From Eledone cirrhosa (taxonomy: Eukaryota), in NCBI GenBank assembly GCA_964016885.1, contig OZ024743.1, positions 201,252,001-201,316,000 on the forward strand: a DNA stretch of 64,000 nucleotides, given 5' to 3'. The translations under genes and the position numbers were made by a program. Position 1 is the stretch's first letter; the number at the start of each line of letters is the position of its first letter. Below the pieces are notes generated by a model. The model was not told the origin of the DNA. It ran no database searches and was given only the letters and a program-made list of their open reading frames with translations. Of the stretch, positions 1 through 12,303 are shown in pieces.

Positions 1-890
1 CCACCACCACCACAAACCACCACCACCGCGGCCACCACAAACCACCACCACCACCACCACAAACCACCACCACCGCGGCCACCACAAACCACCACCACCG
101 CCACCACAAACCACCACCACCACGGCCACCACCACCACCACCACCACCACCACAAACCACCACCACCACGGCCACCACCACCACAAACCACCACCACCGC
201 CACCACCACAAACCACCACCACCACCACCACCACAAACCACCACCACCAGCACCACCACCACCACCACAACCACCACCACCACCACAAACCACCACCACC
301 ACCACCACCACTACCACCACCACCACCACAAACCACCACCACCACCACCACCACCACCACAACCACCACCACCACCACAAACCACCACCACCACCACCAC
401 AAACCACCACCACCACCACCACCACCACAAACCACCACCACCACCGCCACCACCACTACCACCACCACCACTACCACCACCACCACCACCACCACCACCA
501 GCACCACCGCAACCCCCCCCCCCCCCCCACCACCACCACCACAACCACCACCACCACCACCACAAACCACCACCACCACCGCCACCACCACCACCACCAG
601 CACCACCACCACCACCACAACCACCACCACCACCACAAACCACCACCACCACCACCACCACCACCACCACAACCACCACCACCACCACCACCACAAACCA
701 CCACCACCACCGCCACCACCACCACCACCACCACCACCACCACCACAAACCACCACCACCACCGCCACCACCACCACCACCACCACCACAACCACCACCA
801 CCACCACCACCACCACCACAAACCACCACCACCACCGCCACCACCACTACCACCACCACCACTACCACCACCACCACTACCACCACTATC
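1..890. repeat. (CCA)n trinucleotide microsatellite with recurrent CCACAAA interruptions
   Basis: Directly visible; runs off the window start. Confidence 0.95.
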
Positions 891-1022
891 CATCTTCCTT
901 CCCAGGACCTTACACCCCCCTCCCCACCCCCAACCTTGTCATCATTGTCAGCTTCCATTCCTCTGGCTTTCTGCTGTAGGAATAAGCTATTGTGTTCTGG
1001 ATAAACAGTCCTCCCCCACCCC

Positions 1023-2099
1023 GCACACACACCTAAACACACACATACATATTTACAAACACATACACACTCATAAAAAACATGCACATTTACATACATG
1101 CACGCACACACACACACACACACATTTACATACACAGACAATGAATACATATACACATTTACATACCATACACATGCACAGATATATACATATTTTCACA
1201 CACAGACATGCATATATATACACATTTACATACATACACATACATACACATGCACAGATATACACATGTTCATACACAGACATGCATACATATACATATA
1301 CACATTTACACACACATGCTCACACATATACACATTTACATACATACACATGCAGATACATATACACATTTACATACGCATGCACATACATATACACATT
1401 TACATACACATGCACATACATATACACATTTACATACATACACATACACAGATATATACACATTTTCAAAAATAGACATGCATACATACACACATTTGCA
1501 TGCACGCATATATACATTTGCTTACATACAAATGCACACATATACACATTTATATATATATATATATATACATGCACACACATACACATTTACACACAGT
1601 GACACATTCTTACCAATTACATACACACACATTCTCATACATGTACACACATCCTTATAATGCATAGACACATCCTCACACCCACGCATACATACATACA
1701 CACACACATAAAGACAAACACACATCCTCATATACGAACACACTTACATACACATAAACACACACACACCTACATGCATACAAACACATGCACAGGCACA
1801 CACATACCTACACACACACAAACACATACACCCACATGCACTTACCTACACATACATAAACACATACATCCACATGCACATACCTACACACACAAATAGT
1901 TTGACACACACAGACACACACAGATATTTAGATACAAACATTTACATACATACACATATACACATTTACATGCTTACACATTCACATATGTAGATATGCA
2001 CACATATACACATTTACATGCACACACAGACACACATACTCACACATACATATTTACATACATACATACACTCATACACAGACATATACACACACACAT
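1023..2099. repeat. Compound CA/TA microsatellite with degenerate CACATTTACATAC units
   Basis: Alternating purine-pyrimidine tract with a recurrent TACACATTTACATAC motif. Confidence 0.9.
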
Positions 2100-2159
2100 T
2101 ATCCTGGTCCCCCCTATTATTGGTTTCAAGAGTAAACTGACCCATTTTGTTTGCTTTGC

Positions 2160-3300
2160 TGCTTTTGTTGTTCTTCTTCTTCTTACTATTGTTATTCCTG
2201 TTGTTGTTGTTGTTGCCATTGTTATTGCTATTGTCATTGTTCTTATTGCAATTGTTGTTGTTGTTGTTGTTATTCTTATTGCTGTTGCTGTCATTGTAGT
2301 TGTTGTTGTTGCCATTGTTGATAAAGCTATTGTCATCCTTAGGTTTCGATTTTTGCACCTCACCACCAACACCATCATCCATCATCACCACCACCACCAT
2401 CATCCATCATCACCACCACCACCATCATCCATCATCACCACCACCACCTCACCATCATCCAGCACCATCTCACCATCATCCAGCACCACCTCACCATCAT
2501 CCAGCACCACCTCACCATCATCCATCACCACCTAACCATCATCCAATACCTCCATCAACTCCACCACCAACACCATCACCACCATCATCACCACTAACAC
2601 CACCAACACCACCACCAACTACAACAACAACAACACCACCACTAACAACAACATGAACACCACCACCACCATCAACAAGACCACCACCACCAACACCAAC
2701 ATCAACAACACCAACACCACCACCACTACCACCACCAACAACAACAACACCAACACCAACACCAACACCAACACCATCATCTATCGCCAACACCAACACC
2801 ACCACCACCATCAACAAGACCACCACCACCAACACCAACATCAACAACACCAACACCACCACCACTACCACCACCAACAACACCAACACCAATACCATCA
2901 TCTATCGCCAACACCAGCAACACCAACAACAACACCAACACCACCAACACCATCAAGACTACCAACACCACCAATAACAACACCAACACCACCAACACCA
3001 TCAAGACTACCAACACCAATGCCACCACTACCACCACCAACACCACCACCAACATCACCACCAACACCAACACCAACATCAACACCATCACCACCACCAC
3101 CACCACCACCACCACCACCACCACCACCACCACCACCACCACCACCACAAACACCACCACAAACACACATCACCAACACCAACACCACCAATAACAACAC
3201 CAACACCCACAAGACCACCAACACCAATGCCACCATCAACACCAACACCACCACCAATAACAACAGCAGCACCATCAACACCACCAACACCATCATCCAA
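2160..3300. repeat. (GTT)n tract followed by CCA/CAT/CAA trinucleotide tracts
   Basis: GTT-rich about 2160-2340, C/A-rich triplets about 2360-3300. Confidence 0.9.
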
Positions 3301-3699
3301 CCAGCCCAAACCAACCATCCAACCCTGCCAACCATCCACACAATCTCCTGTCAGTTTCCCACAATGCCTTATCACTCTGATGACATTGTTCTCTGCCATT
3401 CTTTCCACCCCACCCCACTAACCAATTCTACAGACATAGCAACACCCCCCCCCCTTTCCCCTTTTCTCTCACTCATTCTCTCTCTCTCCATTCCAATGTT
3501 GTCTGCAGTTCTGTTCCTTAAAGATCCCTCATTTTTTTCCTTTCTTTTTTTTCTGTCTTCTATTTTTTTGTTTCTTTCTCTCTCTTTCTTGTTTCTTTTT
3601 TTCTTTCTTTCTCCCTGTTTGTTCTTCCTTTAATTTCTCTCTTCTTAATATCTATCTATCTATCTATCCATCTATCTATCTATCTATCTATCTATCTAT

Positions 3700-3855
3700 A
3701 TTAAACAACACATTTGTGGCGCCTCCCCCCTATTGGGGATTTCGATTGTTGTAGTTGTTTGTTTTTATATTTTTTACACGACTGTATGTAAAATCCCCGG
3801 CATGTCTTTGTATTGTCCCCTTTTCTTGTGTGCCCTTGTGGCTAATAAACAAATA
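3700..3855 (+). mobile_element. Probable 3' end of a non-LTR retrotransposon inserted in (TATC)n
   Basis: About 155 bp of complex, CpG-containing sequence ending in AATAAA (3844-3849), flanked on both sides by (TATC)n. Family not identifiable from sequence alone. Confidence 0.45.
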
Positions 3856-4253
3856 TATCTATCTATCCATCATCTATCTATCTCTCTTCCTCTCTATCTA
3901 TCTGTCTATCTTTCTTTCTTTATTACTTGCTTCTGTTTCTTTTTTTTCTTTCCTTGCTTTGTTTTCTTTTTCTTTCTTCCCCTCTTTCCTTCTCCCTTAC
4001 CTTCATTTCTTCTTTCTTTTATTTTTTTTATTTGATTAATTCTTTCATTTTTTATCCTTCATCATTTATTGGTTCTTTCTCATCTCTCCTTTTTCCTTCA
4101 CTTCTCCCTAACCCCACCATTTTTTATACATCAACTTATTATGATAAATGTTGTTATCATCTTCATCATCATCACCATCAACATTATCATCATCATCATA
4201 ATCATCACCATCATCATCATCATCATCACCACCATCATTATTATTATCATTAT

Positions 4254-4447
4254 TGGTGGATTGGCAGTATCGGTAGAGGGTCGGACGCCATGCTTTGACG
4301 CATAGAGTTACGGCCCTTGCCATTCTGAGTTCAAATCCCGTCGAGGTTAACTTTACCTTTCATCCTTACAGGGTCGATAAAATAAAGTACCAGTAATGTA
4401 CTGGGTTATTGCTGGCCTTGTGCCAAAAGTAGTAACAATTATTATTA
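4254..4447 (+). mobile_element. tRNA-derived SINE, copy 1 of tandem trimer
   Basis: A-box-like TGGCAGTATCGG, B-box GAGTTCAAATCC (4327-4338), body CTTTCATCC...GTCGATAAAATAAAGTACCAG...GGCCTTGTGCC, (ATT)n tail. Confidence 0.85.
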
Positions 4448-4633
4448 GGGCGGTGGATTGACAGTATCGGTAGAGCGTCAGACACCATGCTTTGCAGCAT
4501 AGAGTTACGACCCTTTACGGTCTGAGCTCAAATCCTGCTAAGGTTAACTTTGCCTTTCATCCTTACAGCGTTGATAAAATAAAGTACCAGTCATGCAATA
4601 GGGTAATTGCTGGCCTTGTGCCAAAAGTAGAAA
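4448..4633 (+). mobile_element. tRNA-derived SINE, copy 2 of tandem trimer
   Basis: Colinear diverged copy of 4254-4447. Confidence 0.85.
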
Positions 4634-4820
4634 CTGGCAGTATTAGTAGAGGGTCGGACGCCATGCTTTGATGTATAGAGTTACGGCCCTTGGCATTCTG
4701 AGTTCAAATCCTGCCGAGGTTAACGTTGCCTTTCATCCTTACGGAGCTGATAAAATAAAGTATCAGTAATGCACTGGGGTAATTGCTGGCCTTGTACCAA
4801 AAGTAGAAACATTATTATTT
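4634..4820 (+). mobile_element. tRNA-derived SINE, copy 3 of tandem trimer
   Basis: Colinear copy with B-box GAGTTCAAATCC and (ATT)n tail. Confidence 0.85.
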
Positions 4821-4886
4821 TTATTGTTATTATTCCCACCATCTTCTTCGGACCCATTCTGCTTTAGTAACTATCCTGATTCTTAG

Positions 4887-5400
4887 TCATCATCACCACC
4901 ATTGTCACTTCAGCTACCATCGTCATCACCATCATCACTCCTATGACCATCGTCACCATCAACATCACCATGACCACCATCATGACCATGACCATCATCA
5001 ACATCACCATGACCACCATCATAACCATCACCATCATCAACATCACCATGGCCACCATCATCACCATCACCATCATCATCATCATCATCATGACCACCAT
5101 CATACCCATTACCATCATCAACATCACCATGGCCACCATCATAATCATCACCATCATCATTATCATCATGATCACCATCATAATCATCACCATCATCATC
5201 ACCATCATAATCATCACCATCATTATCATCATGATCACCATCATAATCATCACCATCATAATCATCACCATCATTATCATCATGACCATCATCATAACCA
5301 TTGCCATCATCATCATTTTCATCATCATAATCGTCATCATCATCGTTATCATCAATGCCATTATCTTCATATATTTGTTATTGTCATCATCATTACTGAT
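4887..5400. repeat. Degenerate (ATC)n/(ACC)n microsatellite
   Basis: Directly visible. Confidence 0.9.
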
Positions 5401-5471
5401 CTTATCATTTTTATAACTATCACAGTTAGTACCAACCCCCACCATTAATATAACCCCCACCCCTACTATGA

Positions 5472-8170
5472 CCACCACCACCACTACAACAAACATTGCA
5501 ACCATCTCCCACAACCACCACACCACTACAACAAGCATTGCAACCATCTCCCACAACCACCACCACCACCACTACAACAAACATTGCAACCATCTCCCAC
5601 AACCACCAACACCACTACAACAAGCATTGCAACCATCTCCCACAACCACCACCACCACCACTACAACAAGCATTGCAACCATCTCCCACAACCACCACCA
5701 CCACCACTACAACAAACATTGCAACCATCTCCCACAACCACCACCACCTCTACAACAAACATTGCAACCATCTCCCACAACCACCAACACCACTACAACA
5801 AGCATTGCAACCATCTCCCACAACCACCACCACCACCACCACTACAACAAGCATTGCAACCACCTCCCACAACCACCACTCCCACCATCAACACCACTGG
5901 CACCTATGACCACAATCACCACCACCACTACAACAAGCATTGCAACCATCTCCCACAACCACCACCACCACCACTACAACAAACATTGCAACCATCTCCC
6001 ACAACCATCACCACCACTACAACAAGCATTGCAACCATCTCCCACAACCACCACCACCACCACTACAACAAGCATTGCAACCATCTCCCACAACCACCAC
6101 CACCACTAAAACAAACATTGCAACCATCTCCCACAACCACCACCACCACTACAACAAGCATTGCAACCATCTCCCACAACCACCACCACCACCACTACAA
6201 CAAGCATTGCAACCATCTCCCACAACCACCACCACCACCACTACAACAAGCATTGCAACCATCTCCCACAACCACCACCACCACTACAACAAACATTGCA
6301 ACCATCTCCCACAACCACCACCACCACCACTACAACAAGCATTGCAACCATCTCCCACAACCACCACCACCACCACTACAACAAACATTGCAACCATCTC
6401 CCACAACCATCACCACCACTACAACAAGCATTGCAACCATCTCCCACAACCACCACCACCACCACCACCACCACCACCACCACCACCACCACTACAACAA
6501 GCATTGCAGCCATCTCCCACAACCACCACCACCACCACCACTACAACAAACATTGCAACCATCTCCCACAACCATCACCACCACTACAACAAGCATTGCA
6601 ACCATCTCCCACAACCACCACCACCACCACCACCACCACCACTACAACAAGCATTGCAACCATCTCCCACAACCACCACCACCACCACTACAACAAACAT
6701 TGCAACCATCTCCCACAACCACCACCACCACTACAACAAACATTGCAACCATCTCCCACAACCACCACCACCACCACCACTACAACAAGCATTGCAACCA
6801 TCTTCCACAACCACCACCACCATCACTACAACAAACATTGCAACCATCTCCCACAACCACCACCACCACCACTACAACAAACATTGCAACCATCTCCCAC
6901 AACCACCACCACTACCACTACAACAAGCATTGCAACCATCTCCCACAACCACCACCACCACCACCACCACCACTACAACATGCATTGCAACCATCTCCCA
7001 CAACCACCACCACCACCACCACTACAACAAAAATTGCAACCATCTCCCACAACCACCACCACCACTACAACAAGCATTGCAACCATCTCCCACAACCACC
7101 ACCACCACCACCACTACAACAAAAATTGCAACCATCACCCACAACCACCACCACCACCATTGCAACAAACATTGCAACCATCTCCCACAACCACCACCAC
7201 CACCACTACAACAAACATTGCAACCATCTCCCACAACCACCACCACCACTACAACAAGCATTGCAACCATCTCCCACAACCACCACCACCACCACTACAA
7301 CAAGCAATGCAACCATCTCCCACAACCACCACCACCACCACTACAACAAACATTGCAACCATCTCCCACAAACACCACACCACCACTATAACAAACATTG
7401 CAACCATCTCCCACAACCACCACCACCACCACCACCACTACAACAAGCATTGCAACCATCTCCCACAACCACCTCCACCACTACAACAAGCATTGCAATC
7501 ATCTCCCACAACCACCACCACCACCACTATAACAAACATTGCAACCATCTCCCACAACCACCACCACCACCACCACCACTACAACAAGCATTGCAACCAT
7601 CTCCCACAACCACCTCCACCACTACAACAAGCATTGCAATCATCTCCCACAACCACCACCACCACCACTACAACAAGCATTGCAACCATCTCCCACAACC
7701 ACCACTACCACCACTACAACAAGCATTGCAACCATCTCCCACAACCACCACCACCACCACCACTACAACGAGCATTGCAACCATCTCCCACAACCACCAC
7801 CACCACCACTACAACAAACATTGCAACCATCTCCCACAACCACCATCACCACTACAACAAACATTGCAACCATCTCCCACAACCACCACCACCACCACTA
7901 CAACAAACATTGCAACCATCTCCCACAACCACCACCACCACTACAACACACATTGCAACCATCTCCCACAACCTCCACCACCACTACAACAAACATTGCA
8001 ACCATCTCCCACAACCACCACCACCACCACCACCACTACAACAAACATTGCAACCATCTCCCACAACCACCACTCCCACCACTCCCACCATCAACACCAC
8101 TGGCACCTATGACCACAATCACCACCACCACCACCACTACAACAAACATTGCAACCATCTCCCACAACCA
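5472..8170. repeat. Minisatellite: 31-bp core ACTACAACAARCATTGCAACCATCTCCCACA plus variable (ACC)n, roughly 60 copies
   Basis: Near-invariant core with an A/G dimorphic site, separated by ACC tracts of variable length. Confidence 0.95.
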
Positions 8171-8731
8171 CCACTCCCACCATCAACACCACTGGCACCA
8201 ATGCCATCACTACAAAGACAACCCCCCACCACCAACACCATCACCACTACCACTACCACCAATACCACCATCATCGCCAACACTATCACCATCAACACCA
8301 TCACCATCACCATTAAGCACTACCACCAACACCACCATCATCAGCATCACCAACACTTTCACTACCACCATCATCACCATCACCAACACCATCATCACTA
8401 CCACCATCATCAACACAAGCACCACTACCAATACCACCATCATCACCATCACCAACACCATCATCACCACCACCAATACCATCATCATCACCACCACCAA
8501 TACCACCAACACCATCAACACAAGCACCACCACAATACCACCATCATCACCACCACCAATACCACCAACACCATCAACACAAGTACCACCACCAATATCA
8601 CCAACACCATCAACACAAGCACCACCACCAATACCATCATCATCACCATCACCATGATGATTGTTTACTTTGCTGTTCAATGTTATATCCCTTCTCCTCT
8701 TTCACCTCACTCTCTCTCCCTCTCTCCCTCT

Positions 8732-9581
<850 letters not shown>

Positions 9582-9583
9582 TA

Positions 9584-10860
9584 CAGGGTGGGGCATAATT
9601 CCTATTAAAAAGTTTTAAATCAATTTAAAAATACATTATGTTGCTAATATAACTAATATATTTGTATCAAATCCATGCACTATAACCATATTAACAATTT
9701 GCAATGTCCATAGAATTGAAAAGAAAGTTCATAATAGAGAAGCATGAAAAAGGCCTGACTCCACCCAAGATATTTAAACTGGGGAAAATTCTTAAGATCA
9801 ATAGAATGTTGATCAACAGGACAATCGATCGATTTAAGGAAACTTCCTCGACCAAAGACAGACCTCAATCCGGACGCCCTCGCACCTCAAGAACAGCAAA
9901 ACTCATTAAAAGTGTGAGGGGAAAAAATAAGGCATAATCCAAGAAGATCCATGAGAAAAATGGCAGAAGAAGCAGAAACATCGCCGAGAACTATGCGGAG
10001 GATATGTCGAGATGATCTGGGGATGTCACCCTATAAGTTCCAAAAAGGTAGCTTCTTTCTGCAGCCACAATTGAAAAGAGGCTCTCCAGAAGTAAACTGT
10101 TATTGAACCGTATCAAGGATGGCACGCTGCAAAACATCATCTTTACAGATGAGAATTTATTCACTGTGCAGCAGTCTCACAATCATCAAAATGATCGAGT
10201 ACTTGCAAAAAGTCTCAAATCAATTCCTTCAAGTGTAGGAAAAGTGTTCAGAACACAGAAACCAGCATCAGTGATGGTTTGGGCAGCCATTTCTGAAAGA
10301 GGGAAGTCTCCTCTGATTTTTGTGCCTCAAGGAGTTAAAATTAACAAAGAACTTTACATAAAGGATATTTTGGAAGGAGCACTGATGCCATGGTGCACAT
10401 CTGTTTATGGTGATGACATATGGACTCTCCAAGAAGATGGAGCGACGAGCCACACTGCTCGCGTAACACAACAGTGGTGTAGAGACCATTGTCCTGCATG
10501 GATCAGTAAGGAAGAGTGGCCTCCCACATCACGAGATCTCAACCCTCTCGATTTTTCTTTATGGTCAATTCTTGAGACTGAAGCCTGCTCTAATCCTAGC
10601 CAAAATATTGAAACTCTAAAATCAAAACTGAATAAAGTATGGGAGAAAATACCCATGGAAACTGTTTGTGCAGCCATCGAAGACTTTCCTAGAAGTCTTC
10701 GAGCGATAGTGAGAGCTAGAGGAAAGCATTTCGAATAAATTTTTGTGCAGTTGTTTAATAGTATATTACTTACTATTTGTTGAAGTCAGATATTGAAATA
10801 AATGTTTTTTTCAAGAACTATTTGCATTTTATTGTGTAACAGTTTTGATGCCACACCCTG
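9584..10860 (+). mobile_element. Tc1/mariner superfamily DNA transposon, DD37D (maT/Bmmar1-like) family
   Basis: Ends CAGGGTGGGGCAT / ATGCCACACCCTG flanked by TA; 1277 bp; internal transposase. Confidence 0.92.
9704..10738 (+). pseudogene. DD37D transposase pseudogene
   Basis: N-terminal HTH region with SGRPR linker; motifs FTDE, VMVWAAIS, QEDGATSH, WPPTSRDLNPLDF with 37 residues between the second and third Asp; +1 frameshift near 9920, -1 frameshift near 10045 and in-frame TAG at 10049. Confidence 0.92.
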
Positions 10861-10886
10861 TATATATATATATATAATATATATAT

Positions 10887-11226
10887 GGAGGCACATGGCT
10901 TAGTGGTTAGAGCATTGGCCTTGCAATCGAAAGGTTGTGAGTTCGATTCTCAGACCGGGTGATGTGTTGTTTCCTTGAGCAAGACACTTTATTTCACATT
11001 GCTCCAGTTTACTCAGCTGTAGAAATGAGATGATAGGGACTGGGGTCCATATCATTCCACTGCAAAGTGGTCGTGGAGGTGCCACGGCAAAAAAGCACCC
11101 AGCACTCACTGTAAATGAGGTTGGTGTTAGGAAGGGCATCCAGCTGTAGAAATCAAGCCAAAAATCAGTTCCCGTCCCACCCTTGCAAGCAGGGAAAAAG
11201 CGGACGTAAAATGAAATGATGATGAT
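10887..11226 (+). mobile_element. tRNA-derived SINE (second family) with (ATG)n tail
   Basis: A-box TGGCTTAGTGG (10896-10906), B-box GTTCGATTC (10941-10949), CORE/Meta-like CCTTGAGCAAGACACTT, AGGAAGGGCATCCAGCTGTA block, GGACGTAAAATGAAATGATGATGAT tail. Confidence 0.85.
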
Positions 11227-11281
11227 ATATAATATTATTCAAAATATTAATAAATGGATACATTCACATAATCAAAATATG

Positions 11282-11343
11282 TTTTATTATATATATTTCG
11301 GAGGTACTGTGTTGCTTTTTCATTACGTCCTCATCAGATAAAA
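11282..11343 (-). ncRNA. Type I hammerhead ribozyme with minimal stem III (antisense arm copy)
   Basis: Minus strand reads TTTTAT-CTGATGA-GGA...TCC-GAAA-T(ATAT)A-TA-ATAAAA. Confidence 0.7.
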
Positions 11344-11446
11344 TACATAAATTGATGTATGACATACCTCAACTGTGCTGATGGTTCAATCAACTGCGCT
11401 GATGGTTCAAATCACAGTTGAGGTATGTCATACATCAATTTATGTA

Positions 11447-11508
11447 TTTTATCTGATGAGGACGTAATGAAAAAACAACACAGTACCTCCGAAATATATA
11501 TAATAAAA
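11447..11508 (+). ncRNA. Type I hammerhead ribozyme with minimal stem III
   Basis: Stem I TTTTAT/ATAAAA; CTGATGA 11453-59; stem II GGA/TCC; GAAA 11491-94; stem III is one extra T-A pair capped by palindromic ATAT; AUA triplet 11500-11502. Confidence 0.72.
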
Positions 11509-11650
11509 CATATATTTTGATTATGTGAATGTATGCATTTATTAATATTTTGAATAATATTAATAACTCCAGAAAACTTCACTGTTGAGTGCTTTTAATC
11601 TATTATAAAACTATATTTATTGAATAATCAATGAACCTTGTTTAACATTT

Positions 11651-11691
<41 letters not shown>

Positions 11692-11694
<3 letters not shown>

Positions 11695-11879
11695 CTCACT
11701 ATAAAAGCTTCACGGCACAGGCATTGCTTTATATCAATAATTGTCACAGGTGTAGTGTTTGTACCAGAGTTTTCAAGTCGCTGGCTGGACTAAAAAGTCA
11801 CACTCGTTCAGCGCATCGGTAGGGGTTCTCCTACATGGATATAAAATAGTGGCCGTACTCGAAAACGAGTTGGCAGCCA

Positions 11880-11882
<3 letters not shown>
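11692..11882 (+). mobile_element. 5'-truncated LINE (RTE-like) 3' end with C2H2 zinc finger and terminal stem-loop
   Basis: 11742-11822 reads CHRCSVCTRVFKSLAGLKSHTRSAHR* (C-x2-C-x12-H-x4-H). A short 3' UTR with hairpin GTGGC..ACTCG-AAAA-CGAGT..GCCAC is followed directly by (TA)n. Confidence 0.7.
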
Positions 11883-11916
<34 letters not shown>

Positions 11917-11921
<5 letters not shown>

Positions 11922-12285
11922 GATATTAATAAATGGAAACTATATTTATAAAACCATATTTATTTCATTATACATATTTCAGGGATACCAAATTAAATCA
12001 TGGTATGCCTTCATCAGACAAAATACAATATATAACAGTTTTACAAATAAGCTTTGACGTACCCTTTTAAAATGCAACCATTATTCTTGGAAGCCATGAT
12101 GAAGGCATACCATGATTTAATTTGGTATCCCTGAAATATGTATAATGAAATAAATATGGTTTTATAAATATAGTTTCCATTTTTTAATATCGTATATCTA
12201 CTCCAAATACTTGTCGAGTGCTTTATATCAGTTATAAAAATATTTACTTGTTGTATCACAACAATTTTAAATAGAACTTTTGTAG
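11917..12285 (+). mobile_element. Fold-back hammerhead element 3 (100-bp inverted arms, 80-bp spacer, 3' tail)
   Basis: Arms 11917-12016 and 12097-12196; flanked by (TA)n; tail related to that of element 2. Confidence 0.72.
11961..12025 (-). ncRNA. Type I hammerhead ribozyme with minimal stem III
   Basis: Minus strand reads TATTTTGT-CTGATGA-AGGcATACCA..TGGTATcCCT-GAAA-T(ATGT)A-TA-ATGAAATA; 8-bp stem I with two G-U pairs and a long stem II. Confidence 0.72.
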
Positions 12286-12303
12286 ATATATATATATATA
12301 TAT

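Larger units (their letters stand above)
11230..11655 (+). mobile_element. Fold-back hammerhead element 2 (about 148-bp inverted arms plus 3' tail)
   Basis: Arms 11230-11377 and 11413-11562 are near-perfect reverse complements; each holds a hammerhead core; tail ends in (TA)n. Confidence 0.75.

Noticed and set aside
311-4323. Assorted low-complexity ORFs (poly-V/G/W, HT, YI, F/S/L)
   Set aside because: Translations of microsatellites and pyrimidine tracts.
5472-8170. CRISPR-like look (constant 31-bp repeat with intervening segments)
   Set aside because: Intervening sequences are only (ACC)n, not unique spacers; no cas genes; eukaryotic context.
10887-10960. tRNA gene
   Set aside because: A and B boxes are present but continue into a SINE body and tail; no convincing cloverleaf.
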